From assembly GCA_046597455.1 (NCBI GenBank), contig JBKJKJ010000415.1, forward strand, positions 1 through 49,734: a stretch of 49,734 nt of DNA, in the 5' to 3' direction. Source of the stretch: Burkholderiales bacterium. GTDB taxonomy: Bacteria; Pseudomonadota; Gammaproteobacteria; Burkholderiales; SG8-41. Numbering within the stretch: the stretch's first letter is position 1; the number at the start of each line of letters is the position of its first letter. A program made the translations under genes and the position numbers. Under the pieces are notes generated by a model, which had not been told where the DNA came from, made no database searches, and saw only the letters and a program-made list of their open reading frames with translations. Shown piece after piece: positions 18,991 through 28,605 of this stretch.

Positions 18991-19272
18991 TCAGGACTTC
19001 CCTGCGCCTGCCGCATGCTTGATGAAAAGTATCAACGCCGCCGGCACATGGACCGCACCGAACGCGATCAGGAACGTGAGTAGCGCGGGCGCTTCGGCCT
19101 GGCTGAAGTTATCGGCAGCCACGTATCCGAAAACGAGTCCGAGTGCGATCAGCCCCGCGCGCATCAGCAGCGCCGCACGTGCGCTTGCGGTGTAACGCGC
19201 GATGGTGCGTTGGGCGTATATAGCCGCCGCCAGCGCGAGTGCGGCCGCCAGGATCATCGGCAAGACATTCAT
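18991..19272 (-). CDS. Small hypothetical membrane protein (about 3 TM)
   Basis: 93 aa, three hydrophobic stretches, GAGGAG RBS upstream. Confidence 0.75.
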   Translation of the reverse strand: MNVLPMILAAALALAAAIYAQRTIARYTASARAALLMRAGLIALGLVFGYVAADNFSQAEAPALLTFLIAFGAVHVPAALILFIKHAAGAGKS

Positions 19273-19461
19273 GGGGAACTCCTCAGGACAATGCTGTCGT
19301 AATAATTGCGGCCATCGCCTTCCTACGCCTCATTGGCAGTTTCGGTTGCGCGAAATAAAAAACGCTCGATCAACCGCAATATTCAGGCCTGTCCGGATTG
19401 CGATCTGTGCGCGTTCAGTCAATCCGGGCTCGCTATAAGGGCAGCTTTCGCGCCCTGCCGC

Positions 19462-19587
19462 ACCTGGGCCGCGCCCCTGCATCGAATGTATCCCGGATGG
19501 AACCGCTGGATGGCCGCCTATCGCCGCTTCAACGCGTCAGGCACGTTCAACAACAAATTCACCGACAGGCTGGGGATCTCGAATTAG
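19462..19587 (+). pseudogene. Possible C-terminal remnant of an FAD-linked (ALO/VAO-type) oxidase
   Basis: LHRMYPGWNRWMAAYRRFNASGTFNNKFTDRLGIS* resembles the L..xYP.W..F...R...D/N..G.F.N C-terminus of this family; no plausible start. Confidence 0.45.
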
Positions 19588-19686
19588 CGGACGTCTGATC
19601 GGCTGTGAATTGCTTTTCTTACGCGGATCAGTAGTGGGCAACAGCCCTCAAAGGGGCGAAAATGCGGCAGGGAAGAAAGGACAGCC

Positions 19687-21039
19687 ATGACCGCAAATAA
19701 GAATACCGTCCGTGTCGGAACCGGCGCCGGTTTTTCGGACGACCGCTTCGAGCCGGCGCGAGATCTCGCCGAGCGCGGAAAAGTCGATTACCTCGTATTC
19801 GAGTGCCTCGCCGAACGCACCATCGCGCGCGAGACGCTCTCGCGACTCAAGGACCCGGAACGCGGCTACACGCCGTATCTCGTCGAGCGCTTCGAGGCGG
19901 TGCTTCCGGCATGCATCGAGCAGAACGTGCGAGTCGTTACCAACATGGGCGCGGCGAACCCGGTCGCGGCGGCGCGCAAAGTGCGCGAAGTCGCACAGTC
20001 GCTCGGCCTGGGTGACATCCCGGTAGCCGTCGTCACCGGGGACGATGTGGCCGACGTCATCCGCAAGCATCCGGCGCTTTCGCTGATGGAAAGCGGCGAC
20101 CCGGTCGAATCGCTGTTGCCGAAAATGGCCGCAGCCAACGCGTATCTCGGCGCCGACGTCATTTGCGATGCACTCGCCACCGGTGCACCGATCGTGATGA
20201 CCGGCCGCGTGGCCGACCCGTCGATGTTCGTGGGCGCGCTGATGCACGCGCACGGCTGGAGCTATGACGATTACCCGAAGCTCGCGGTGGGCACGCTCGC
20301 GGGGCACCTGATGGAATGCGCGGCCCAGCTCACCGGCGGATGTTTCATCGATCCGGGCAAGAAGGACGCCGACGATCCCGTCAACATCGGCTTTCCCTAT
20401 GCCGACGTGACACGCGATGGCAGTCTCACGCTCGGCAAGCTCGAAGACAGCGGCGGGCGGCTCGACGTGCAGACGTGCACGGAGCAGGCGCTTTACGAAA
20501 TGCACGACCCGACGAGTTACATCACGCCCGACTGTGTGCTCGACATCACCGACGTGGAGTTCGCCAGCGAGAGCAAGCACCGCGTTCGCGCGACCGGCGC
20601 GAAGGCGAGGCCGCGCACGCCGAGCTACAAGGTGGTGATCGGCTATCACGACGGTTACATCGGCGAAGGTGAGGTGGGCTACGCCGGCCCCAACGCGCTG
20701 GCGCGGGCGCGGCTTGCGGAGCGCATCGTTCGGGAGCGCCTGAAAATGCGCGGCTTCAGCTATCCGGAAATCCGCGTCGACTACATCGGGATGTCCAGCC
20801 TGCACGGCATGGGCGAGAACCGGCCTGAGCCTTACGAAGTCAGGCTGCGCATGGCGGCGCGCAGCCCGGATCGCAAGGCGGCGCAGGCGGTGGGGTTCGA
20901 AATGCGCACCCTGCACGTGAACGGTCCATCCGGCGGAGGCGGCGGTACCAACGCGGTTCGCGAAGTGATGGGCATCAAATCGGTATTGTTGCCGCGCGAG
21001 TGGGTGACCCCGCGCGTGTCCGTGGAAGGAAGGCTATGA
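19687..21039 (+). CDS. AtuA/DUF1446 family protein (large part)
   Basis: VRVGTGAGFSDDR, YLVFECLAERT, NMGAANP, AANAYLGA, TGRVADPS, GHLMECAAQLTGG. Confidence 0.9.
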   Translation: MTANKNTVRVGTGAGFSDDRFEPARDLAERGKVDYLVFECLAERTIARETLSRLKDPERGYTPYLVERFEAVLPACIEQNVRVVTNMGAANPVAAARKVREVAQSLGLGDIPVAVVTGDDVADVIRKHPALSLMESGDPVESLLPKMAAANAYLGADVICDALATGAPIVMTGRVADPSMFVGALMHAHGWSYDDYPKLAVGTLAGHLMECAAQLTGGCFIDPGKKDADDPVNIGFPYADVTRDGSLTLGKLEDSGGRLDVQTCTEQALYEMHDPTSYITPDCVLDITDVEFASESKHRVRATGAKARPRTPSYKVVIGYHDGYIGEGEVGYAGPNALARARLAERIVRERLKMRGFSYPEIRVDYIGMSSLHGMGENRPEPYEVRLRMAARSPDRKAAQAVGFEMRTLHVNGPSGGGGGTNAVREVMGIKSVLLPREWVTPRVSVEGRL

Positions 21040-21347
21040 GTGTCACAGTGTACGATCTCGGTCACGCGCGGGCCGGCGACAAGGGCAACACCTCGAATGT
21101 CTCGGTGACGGCTTACGACGAGCGCTGCTGGGCCGTGCTTCGGGAGCAGCTCACGGTTGAGCGCGTGGCGCATGCCTACGCGCACATCGCGAAAGGGCCG
21201 ATCACACGCTATGAGTTGCCGCGGCTCAAAGCGCTCAACTTCGTCATCGAGAACGCGCTCGGCGGCGGCGTCACGATCTCGCTTGCGCAGGACGCGCACG
21301 GCAAGAGCCTGTCGTTCGTGATGCTCGGAATCGAGCTGCGCGGCTGA
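21036..21347 (+). CDS. AtuA-related small protein
   Basis: ATGA overlap; HARAGDKGNTSN, RYELPRLKALNFVIENALGGG...SL..DAHGKSLS. Confidence 0.88.
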   Translation: MSVTVYDLGHARAGDKGNTSNVSVTAYDERCWAVLREQLTVERVAHAYAHIAKGPITRYELPRLKALNFVIENALGGGVTISLAQDAHGKSLSFVMLGIELRG

Positions 21348-21399
21348 GGCTGAGTGCGCGCAGGGTCGTCGCCGCGAGCGCCGCGGAAGGTTTCCCCGC

Positions 21400-22371
21400 T
21401 CAGTTGAACTTCAGTCCCGCGGCTTTCACCAGCGCGATGTTGTTTTCGACCTCTTTCGCGATCATCGCGTCGAACTCTTTCGGCGTGAGCGGCATCGGCT
21501 CGACACCCTGCGCCTTGAGCTTGTCCATCACCGCCGGCAACTGCAGCGCTTTCTGCGTCTCTGCGTGCAGCCGGTCGACGACCGCGCGCGGCGTTTTTGC
21601 CGGCACCAGCATCCCGTTCCAGTAGGTGTAGTCGCTATCCGCGTAACCGGATTCGATCGTGGTGGGCACATCGGGCAATGCGCTGGAGCGCTTGCGTGTG
21701 CACACCGCGAGCGGGAGGAGCTGGCCCTGGCGCAGCAGGCCGATTGCAGAGCTCGCGCCGATGCACATGAAGTCGACGCGGCCGGTCATGACGTCGGTCA
21801 GCGCTTCGGGTCCGCCTTTGAAAGGCACGTGCGTCGCGTTGAAACCGGCGCTGAGGCGCAGCCGCTCGGCCGCCCAGTGCGTGGCGCTGCCCACACCTGC
21901 GGAAGCAAAAGTCATCTGGCCTTTCTTCGCCGCCTCGACCAGCTGCCTGAGGGTCTTGATCCCTTTCGACGGCGCGATCACCACGACATTGGGCACGATG
22001 CCGAAGTTGGCAACGGCGGCGAAATCCCGCGCGGCGTTGTAAGGCGCATTCGGATACACCGCCGGCGCGGAGGAGTGGGCGGACGCGTGGATCAGGATGG
22101 TATTGCCGTCAGGCTCGGCCTTGGCGACCACCGCCGTGCCGATCGACCCGCCTGCACCGCCGCGGTTGTCGACGATGATCGGCTGGCCGAGCGCTGCAGA
22201 GAGCGGATCGAGCATGATGCGGCCGATGATGTCGATGGTCGAGCCTGCGCTGAACGGGATGATCGCCCGGATCGGCTTGGTCGGCCATTGCTGCGCGGAT
22301 GCAAAGCGCGGCAGGGTGGATGCGGCGAGGGCGGAACCTGTCAGTTGCAGGAATTTACGGCGGGACGTCAC
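21400..22371 (-). CDS. Bug/TctC substrate-binding protein with Tat-like signal
   Basis: GTG start after GAGGAG; SRRKFLQ twin-arginine motif; WPTKPIRAIIPFSAGSTID, HVPFKG. Confidence 0.9.
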   Translation of the reverse strand: MTSRRKFLQLTGSALAASTLPRFASAQQWPTKPIRAIIPFSAGSTIDIIGRIMLDPLSAALGQPIIVDNRGGAGGSIGTAVVAKAEPDGNTILIHASAHSSAPAVYPNAPYNAARDFAAVANFGIVPNVVVIAPSKGIKTLRQLVEAAKKGQMTFASAGVGSATHWAAERLRLSAGFNATHVPFKGGPEALTDVMTGRVDFMCIGASSAIGLLRQGQLLPLAVCTRKRSSALPDVPTTIESGYADSDYTYWNGMLVPAKTPRAVVDRLHAETQKALQLPAVMDKLKAQGVEPMPLTPKEFDAMIAKEVENNIALVKAAGLKFN

Positions 22372-22539
22372 GTTGCGTTTCTCCTCAGTGTGGTGAAGTG
22401 CGTGCGGGGAGATTGTAATCAAAGACGGCTACGCGCCCGGGCGTTCGATGTGCACACCCCACCAGCCGGTGCGAGAGCGCATGCGCGGGTGATACGATCA
22501 CGCCTCAGGCCGCGTTGCAAATCAAAAGGGAGGACGTCG

Positions 22540-23541
22540 ATGCGTCGCTTCACTGGTTGTTCGTATCCGCCGCACGCGGAGCGCTGCCGCTGGCTGCTTG
22601 CTGCGGCGTCGAGCCTGTCGTTGTGCGGCCCTGTGCTCGCGCAGTCGTACCCGGCCAAGCCGATCCGGCTCATCGTCCCCTACGCGCCCGGCGGCGGAGT
22701 AGACATCGTCGCGCGCACGGTCGGGCAGGAGCTGGGGAAGCGCATCAACCAGACCGTGGTGGTCGAGAACCGCACCGGCGCCGGCGGTAATGTCGGGTCG
22801 GAAGCTGCCGCCAAAGCCGTACCGGATGGCTACACGCTGCTCATGGCGTCCCCGGCGAACACCATCAATTCGAGCCTGTATACCAAAATGCCTTACGATC
22901 CGGTGCGCGATCTGATGCCCATCGCGCTGATCGCTTCGGTGCCGACCATCCTGCTGGCGAATCGCTCGTTGCCCGTGGAGAACGTGAAGCAGCTGATCGC
23001 GCTGGCCAGAGCGAAGCCCGGCGCACTGACCTACGGGTCGGGCGGCAGCGGCACCACGGAGCACCTCGCCGGCGAAATGTTCAAGTCGCTCGCGGGCATC
23101 GACATGCTGCACGTTCCCTACAAGGGCGGCGCCCAGGTGCTCACCGACCTGCTCGGCGGCCAGATTGCGCTCATGTTCGTCAATCAGCTCTTCGCCCTGC
23201 CGCACGTCAAGGCAGGCAAGGTAAAGGCACTGGGTGTGGCGAGCGGCGAACGATCGGCTGCGCTGCCTGACGTTCCGACTTTTGGCGAAGCCGGTTTTCC
23301 CGACTTCAAGGTCTCGGTGTGGTGGGGTGTCATGGGGCCGGCCGGAATGCCGAAAGACATCGTGACTCAGCTCAACCGCGAGATCGTCGGTGCATTGGCT
23401 GCGCCCGAAATGAAGGAGCGCCTGCAAGCCATGAGCGCGAAGCCCATCGGCGGCAGCCCCGAGCAGTTCGCGGCTTTTTTCACCGACGAGACCGCGCGCT
23501 GGGCGCGCGTGGTGAAAGCTTCGGGCGCGAAGGTGGATTAG
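22540..23541 (+). CDS. Bug/TctC substrate-binding protein
   Basis: GGAGG RBS; YPAKPIRLIVPYAPGGGVD, VVENRTGAGG, HVPYKG. Confidence 0.92.
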   Translation: MRRFTGCSYPPHAERCRWLLAAASSLSLCGPVLAQSYPAKPIRLIVPYAPGGGVDIVARTVGQELGKRINQTVVVENRTGAGGNVGSEAAAKAVPDGYTLLMASPANTINSSLYTKMPYDPVRDLMPIALIASVPTILLANRSLPVENVKQLIALARAKPGALTYGSGGSGTTEHLAGEMFKSLAGIDMLHVPYKGGAQVLTDLLGGQIALMFVNQLFALPHVKAGKVKALGVASGERSAALPDVPTFGEAGFPDFKVSVWWGVMGPAGMPKDIVTQLNREIVGALAAPEMKERLQAMSAKPIGGSPEQFAAFFTDETARWARVVKASGAKVD

Positions 23542-23546
23542 CCGTC

Positions 23547-25535
23547 ATGAACGATGCATCGCTTTATCCCGCGCTCCTCGCGCCGCTCACACTCGCCGGC
23601 AAGCGGCTGCGCAATCGCCTCGTGCACGCGTCGATGACGACCCTCCTGGGCGAAAACGGACGCGTCACGCCGCGTCTGATCCAGTATCACGCCAACCGCG
23701 CACGCGGCGGCGCGGCGCTCATCGTCACCGAGCCTTTGAGCATGGCGCCGCACCAGAAACTCGCGAACAAGGTTCGGGTGTGGAACGACGACAACCTCGA
23801 AGGCCTGAAGCGCTGGGCCGACGCGGTCGAGTCGCATGACTGCCGCCTGCTCGGCCAGCTACAGGATCCCGGCCGCGGGCGTCACGCGCCCGGCCGCAAC
23901 CCGGATGCCGTGGGCGCCTCGGCACTGCCTGACGGCATCAGCTGGACCGTGCCGCATGCGCTCACCGTCGGCGAAGTGCGCCGCCTGATCGCCGACTTCG
24001 CGCAATCCGCATTCAGACTGAAGCGCTGCGGATTCAGCGGCGTGGAGATCTCGGCCGGGCACGGCCACCTCTATCACCAGTTTCTGTCGCCGTGGTCGAA
24101 TACGCGCGACGACGGCTATGGTGGGGACGTGGACGGGCGCACGCGGTTCCTGCGCGACACGATTGCGGCGCTGCGCGCAACCTGCGGCGCGGATTTCATC
24201 GTGGGCGTGAAGCTCCCGGGGGAGGATGGGGTGCCCGGCAGCATCGGACCCGAAGAAGCCGCGCGCATCGCCGATCGGGTCACGAGCGCGGGCGGCGTGG
24301 ATTACGTCTGCTTCGCACAAGGTAGCCACGCGCGCAGTCTCGAGCTGCACGTGCCGGATGGCTACGGTCCACGCGCGCCGTACCTGCCGCTCATCCGCAA
24401 GCTGCGCCGCGCCGTTAACGGTGTGCCGGTCGTGGCGCTGGGCCGCATCACCGACCCCGCCGAAGCCGACCACATCATCGAGAGCGGGGACGCGGAGCTC
24501 GTCGCGCTCGGGCGCGCGCTCGTGACCGATCCGGCGTGGCTCACGAAAGCGGCGCAGGGGCGCTCCCACGACATCCGCTACTGTGTCTCGTGCAATATGT
24601 GCTGGGATACGACCGTCACGTGGCACCGCCCGCTGGCGTGCGACAACAACCCGCGCGTGGCCGAGCCCGATGAGGTGGACTGGCATCCGGCGCCCGCGTC
24701 AGTGCGCAAGCGCGTGGTGATCGTCGGCGCCGGTGTGGCCGGCCTCGAGGCCGCGTGGGTCGCTGCGGCGCGCGGACACCACGTGACCGTATTCGGCCGC
24801 TCGGGCGAAGTCGGCGGCAAGGTGCGGCTGCACGCACAGCTTCCCGGCGGCGAAGCCCTCAGCAGCATTTACGATTATCAGCACGCGGCGGCTTTGAAAG
24901 CACACGTGCGCTTCGAGCTCGGTATGACGGCGGGCGCAGCGGACATTCTCGCGCTGAAGCCGGACGCGGTCGTGCTCGCGTGCGGCGCGGAGATGCTCCC
25001 ACCGCAGTGGCTGCCGAGAGACGCGCGTGATGCGGGGCTGGTGCCGGACCTGCGCAGCGCGATGCAGGGGCTGGCCGGTCACACGGCGCACGCAGGCGGC
25101 ACCGCCGTCATATTCGACATGGACCACACTGCCGGCACCTACGCGTGCGCCGAGCGGCTGCACGCGCTCTTCGAGGGCGTCGTGCTGATCACGCCGCGCG
25201 AATCGATCGCATCCGAAGTGCCGCTGGTGACGCGGCAGGGCATTGTGCGGCGGCTGCACGAAAAACGCATCCAGATTGTCGTGCATGCCGAGCCGCGCTG
25301 GAGCGAGCAGTTCGAGAACGGCGTGCTCGAATACGTGAACGTCTACAACGGCGACGTGGGCCGTATCGAGGACGTAGCGTTCCTCGCCTACGCCACGCCG
25401 CGTGTTCCGCAGGACTCGCTCGCGGCGCCGCTGCGTCTAGCCGGAATCGAAGTCCATCTCGTCGGCGATTGCGTGTCGCCTCGCGGCGTCATGGCCGCGA
25501 CGGCTGAAGGCCACCGCGCGGGCGTTGGACTTTGA
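23547..25535 (+). CDS. Old-yellow-enzyme-type NADH:flavin oxidoreductase with Fe-S and FAD domains (FadH/TMADH/DgcA superfamily)
   Basis: LRNRLV, RARGGAALIVTE, GFSGVEISAGHGHLYHQFLSPWSNTRDDGYGG, CVSCNMC...C cluster motif, VVIVGAGVAGLEAA. Confidence 0.9.
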   Translation: MNDASLYPALLAPLTLAGKRLRNRLVHASMTTLLGENGRVTPRLIQYHANRARGGAALIVTEPLSMAPHQKLANKVRVWNDDNLEGLKRWADAVESHDCRLLGQLQDPGRGRHAPGRNPDAVGASALPDGISWTVPHALTVGEVRRLIADFAQSAFRLKRCGFSGVEISAGHGHLYHQFLSPWSNTRDDGYGGDVDGRTRFLRDTIAALRATCGADFIVGVKLPGEDGVPGSIGPEEAARIADRVTSAGGVDYVCFAQGSHARSLELHVPDGYGPRAPYLPLIRKLRRAVNGVPVVALGRITDPAEADHIIESGDAELVALGRALVTDPAWLTKAAQGRSHDIRYCVSCNMCWDTTVTWHRPLACDNNPRVAEPDEVDWHPAPASVRKRVVIVGAGVAGLEAAWVAAARGHHVTVFGRSGEVGGKVRLHAQLPGGEALSSIYDYQHAAALKAHVRFELGMTAGAADILALKPDAVVLACGAEMLPPQWLPRDARDAGLVPDLRSAMQGLAGHTAHAGGTAVIFDMDHTAGTYACAERLHALFEGVVLITPRESIASEVPLVTRQGIVRRLHEKRIQIVVHAEPRWSEQFENGVLEYVNVYNGDVGRIEDVAFLAYATPRVPQDSLAAPLRLAGIEVHLVGDCVSPRGVMAATAEGHRAGVGL

Positions 25536-25556
25536 CGTCCGGCCGGCGGTAAGCGC

Positions 25557-26072
25557 CTAGAACGGCGCTTCGAACGACTTTACGGTGGATCGGGCCGGGG
25601 CCTCGATCCGCATGAAAGAGGTGTACGCGGCATCCTCCATTTCCTCGCTGGCCCCCCATTGCGCCGCGCTCTGGGAGCACGGCGTCCATGGATCACAGAT
25701 GCACGCGTCAGGACCCCAGGTCGTGTAGTCGGCGGGATTCGATCCTGCCGCGCGCCCGATCACCACCCAGCCGTGATCGCCATTCGTGAGGCACATCAGG
25801 TCGAGGGGATATATGCCGCGCTGCTTCAGGAATTCGACGGCCAGGGCCGACTGCTCGCCGCAATTACCGGCCTTCGCTTGTCTCGCGTATTCGGCGATAC
25901 GATAGAGGGCGCCGCCGCCCACTTCGACCAGGTCGACACGCATCCTGAGCAGGGCGTTGCCTGCCTCGTCCTGATGTGGATTGTCATTATTGTTCTCTGC
26001 GCCGAGCGTGAGCTTGCTTTTGACGTGGTTGATCGCGGCTCTGGCCATCGTGCGGTTCTGGGTAAGGTTCAT
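25557..26072 (-). CDS. Hypothetical protein with transglutaminase/papain-like Cys-His-Asp triad (HopX/AvrPphE-like catalytic domain)
   Basis: 171 aa from ATG 26072 with GGAGG RBS; motifs AGNCGEQS, DHGWVVIG, CDPW. Confidence 0.7.
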   Translation of the reverse strand: MNLTQNRTMARAAINHVKSKLTLGAENNNDNPHQDEAGNALLRMRVDLVEVGGGALYRIAEYARQAKAGNCGEQSALAVEFLKQRGIYPLDLMCLTNGDHGWVVIGRAAGSNPADYTTWGPDACICDPWTPCSQSAAQWGASEEMEDAAYTSFMRIEAPARSTVKSFEAPF

Positions 26073-26620
26073 GGCACCTCCGTCATCTGGAATTACAGTG
26101 TAGTTTCCGCAACGCACAGCTTGCAAACGCAGGATCGACGTCATCCGGCGCCTCACGCGGCAGGCGCATCGCATCTTTCGAGTGTTCACGGCACGGCTCG
26201 CTCCTCGGATTGTGTTTGGGCGATCCCGGTGGCACATCAGCCAAAAGGGTAGTGCGGCAACACAAAGCGTGTGATAGATCGCTCCGCTTTGTGCGACCTC
26301 GACTTGGTCGTGGCCCACCCCGCGCGAGGCGCGCTCACGGGGACGGCCGGCGACAGCGTCCCGCTTGCCGCAAACCATATCGCAGTATGCATGTCATGAT
26401 CGCCGTCGTCTGGTAGGCTCCCGACGGATCCGGCCGTGCAGCCCGAGGCGGGGATGCGCCTGAACGCTGCGACGCTGCGTTCTCGACGCGCGCACCGACA
26501 TTCGACCCGCGTGGCCTCTTTCGATATATCTTCACAGTGACGCTATGAAGCGTTCGGCGGGCGGGGAGCGCGGCATGCTATGTCGATTCAGCGGGCGCTC
26601 GATACCAACCTGGAGGCAGG

Positions 26621-27598
26621 ATGAAAAAAACGTTATCGCTCTCGCTGATTTCAGCACTCGTGATGTTCCCCGCAGTCACGGAGGCACAGGCGCAAAGCTA
26701 TCCCGATAAACCGATCCGCATGGTCGTGGGGTTTCCGCCGGGCGGGGGCACTGATGTGGTCGCGCGCATCATCGCGCCGCGGCTTGCTGAAAATATCGGG
26801 CAGCCGGTCGTGATCGATAACCGCCCGGGCGCGACCGGCACCGTGGCCGCGGGCATGGTCGCCAAATCGCTGCCCGACGGATATACGGTGATGATGGGTC
26901 ACGTCTCCGTGAACGCCATCGCGCCGAGCCTGTTCGCAAAGCTCCCGTACGACGCGTTGAAGGATTTCGCCCCCGTCACGCTTACCGCGTCGGTGCCGCA
27001 CTTCGTGGTGGTGCATCCGTCGTTGCCGGTGAAATCGGTGAAAGAGCTGATTGCATTCGCCAGGGCGCGGCCGGGCCAGCTGAACTTTCCGTCGGCGGGC
27101 AACGGCAGCACGCCGCACCTTGCCGGCGAAATGTTCAAGACGATCACGGGGATCAAGCTGCTGCACGTGCCTTACAAAGGCAGCGGGCAATCGATGCAGG
27201 GCTTGCTGGGCGGGGAGCACCAGGTCGCTTTCGACACGTTGCCCGCAGCAGGACCGTTCGTCCGCTCCGGCCGGCTGCGCGCGCTCGCCGTGACGAGCGC
27301 CGGCCGTCTGCCCGAGTTTCCGAACGTGCCGACGGTGGAGCAGGCGGGGGTGGCGGGTTATCGGATGACGACGTGGTACGGCCTCTTCGCGCCCGCAGCC
27401 ACGCCGGCGTCAATCGTGAACCGCCTGCATGCGGAGGTCACCAAAGCGATGCAGGCACCGGATACGCACGCGAGGCTGGTCGAGATCGGCGCCGACGATA
27501 CCGTCACGCGAACGCCTGCGGAGTTTGCAGCCATCGTGCGCGCCGATGTCGCGCGTTACGCCCAGCTCGTGAAGGAAGCGGGGCTGCAGATCGACTGA
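26621..27598 (+). CDS. Bug/TctC substrate-binding protein
   Basis: Signal peptide, YPDKPIRMVVGFPPGGGTD, DNRPGATG, HVPYKG. Confidence 0.93.
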   Translation: MKKTLSLSLISALVMFPAVTEAQAQSYPDKPIRMVVGFPPGGGTDVVARIIAPRLAENIGQPVVIDNRPGATGTVAAGMVAKSLPDGYTVMMGHVSVNAIAPSLFAKLPYDALKDFAPVTLTASVPHFVVVHPSLPVKSVKELIAFARARPGQLNFPSAGNGSTPHLAGEMFKTITGIKLLHVPYKGSGQSMQGLLGGEHQVAFDTLPAAGPFVRSGRLRALAVTSAGRLPEFPNVPTVEQAGVAGYRMTTWYGLFAPAATPASIVNRLHAEVTKAMQAPDTHARLVEIGADDTVTRTPAEFAAIVRADVARYAQLVKEAGLQID

Positions 27599-27604
27599 GC
27601 GCGT

Positions 27605-28567
27605 CTATCCGCCTTGCACGCCCAGCCGCTTGAGCAAAGCGCCATAGCCTTCGTAATCCGCCTTGAGCCTTGCCGAGAATTCGTCTGCGGTGCCGGTGTA
27701 GGTGTCCATGCCGCGCGTCTTCCACAGCTCGCGCAATTCAGCCGAATTGACCGCCGCGGCGATTTCCTTGTTGAGCCGCGCGATGACGTCGCGCGGCGTG
27801 CCGGCGGGCGCGACGACGCCTTCCCAGCTCTCGACTTCGTAGCCTGACAGCGTCTCGCCGACGGTCGGCACATCGGGCAGCAGCGAGTTGCGTTTCTTGC
27901 CGGTAAACGCGAGTGCGCGCAGCTTGCCTTCCGTGATGAACGGGTGCAGCACCGGAACCAGCCCGAACATGACGTCGCCGCGCCCGGCGATCAGGTCGAT
28001 CACCGCCGCCGTGCTGCCGCGGTACGGCACGTGAACCATGTCGACGTTCGCGCGCAGCTTGAACATCTCGGCGCTCAAATGGAAGTTGCTGCCCACCCCG
28101 GAGGTCACGTAGTTGAGCACGCCGGGCTTCGATTTCGCGATTGCGATCAGGTCCTTCATCGATTTCGCGGGCACCGATGGGTGCACGACGACGACCAGGC
28201 CATAGGTGCTCACCTGGATGATGCCCGTGACATTCTTCTTCGGGTCCCAGCCCTCTTTCGAATTCAGATGCGGGCTGATGCAGATGAACGATGAAGGCTG
28301 TAGCAGCAGAGTGTAGCCGTCGGGCGGTGCGTTCGAGAGCAGCTGGTTCGCAATCATGCCGGTCGCGCCTGCCCGATTGTCGACGATCACCTGCTGGCCG
28401 AGCGCTTCGGAGATCTTCTGTGCGATCGCGCGCGCCGTGAGATCGCCGCCGCCACCGGGAGCGGAGCCCGTCATGAGGCGCACGGTCTTGCTCGGGTAAG
28501 CCTGCGCGGTTGCCGCGGTGGGGCACAGCGCAAGCAGCAGCGCACCGATCGTAAATCTGTAACCCAT
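27605..28567 (-). CDS. Bug/TctC substrate-binding protein
   Basis: Signal peptide MGYRFTIGALLLAL, YPSKTVRLMTGSAPGGGGD, HVPYRG; the true start may be an upstream TTG nearer the RBS. Confidence 0.9.
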   Translation of the reverse strand: MGYRFTIGALLLALCPTAATAQAYPSKTVRLMTGSAPGGGGDLTARAIAQKISEALGQQVIVDNRAGATGMIANQLLSNAPPDGYTLLLQPSSFICISPHLNSKEGWDPKKNVTGIIQVSTYGLVVVVHPSVPAKSMKDLIAIAKSKPGVLNYVTSGVGSNFHLSAEMFKLRANVDMVHVPYRGSTAAVIDLIAGRGDVMFGLVPVLHPFITEGKLRALAFTGKKRNSLLPDVPTVGETLSGYEVESWEGVVAPAGTPRDVIARLNKEIAAAVNSAELRELWKTRGMDTYTGTADEFSARLKADYEGYGALLKRLGVQGG

Positions 28568-28578
28568 GGTTTTGACGG

Positions 28579-28605
28579 ATTCGTTCAATTCGTTCAATTC
28601 GTTCT
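28579..28605. repeat. 9-bp tandem repeat (ATTCGTTCA)x3, last copy imperfect
   Basis: Lies between the GAGGAG RBS and ATG 28567 of the minus-strand Bug gene. Confidence 0.85.

Noticed and set aside
19333-19350. Possible sigma-54 promoter TGGCAG...TTGC
   Set aside because: GG-to-GC spacing is 11 nt rather than the required 10
21565-22539. Apparent 325-aa N-terminal extension making a 658-aa Bug protein
   Set aside because: It is the antisense of the 21400-22371 Bug gene; the real start is ATG 22540 with an RBS
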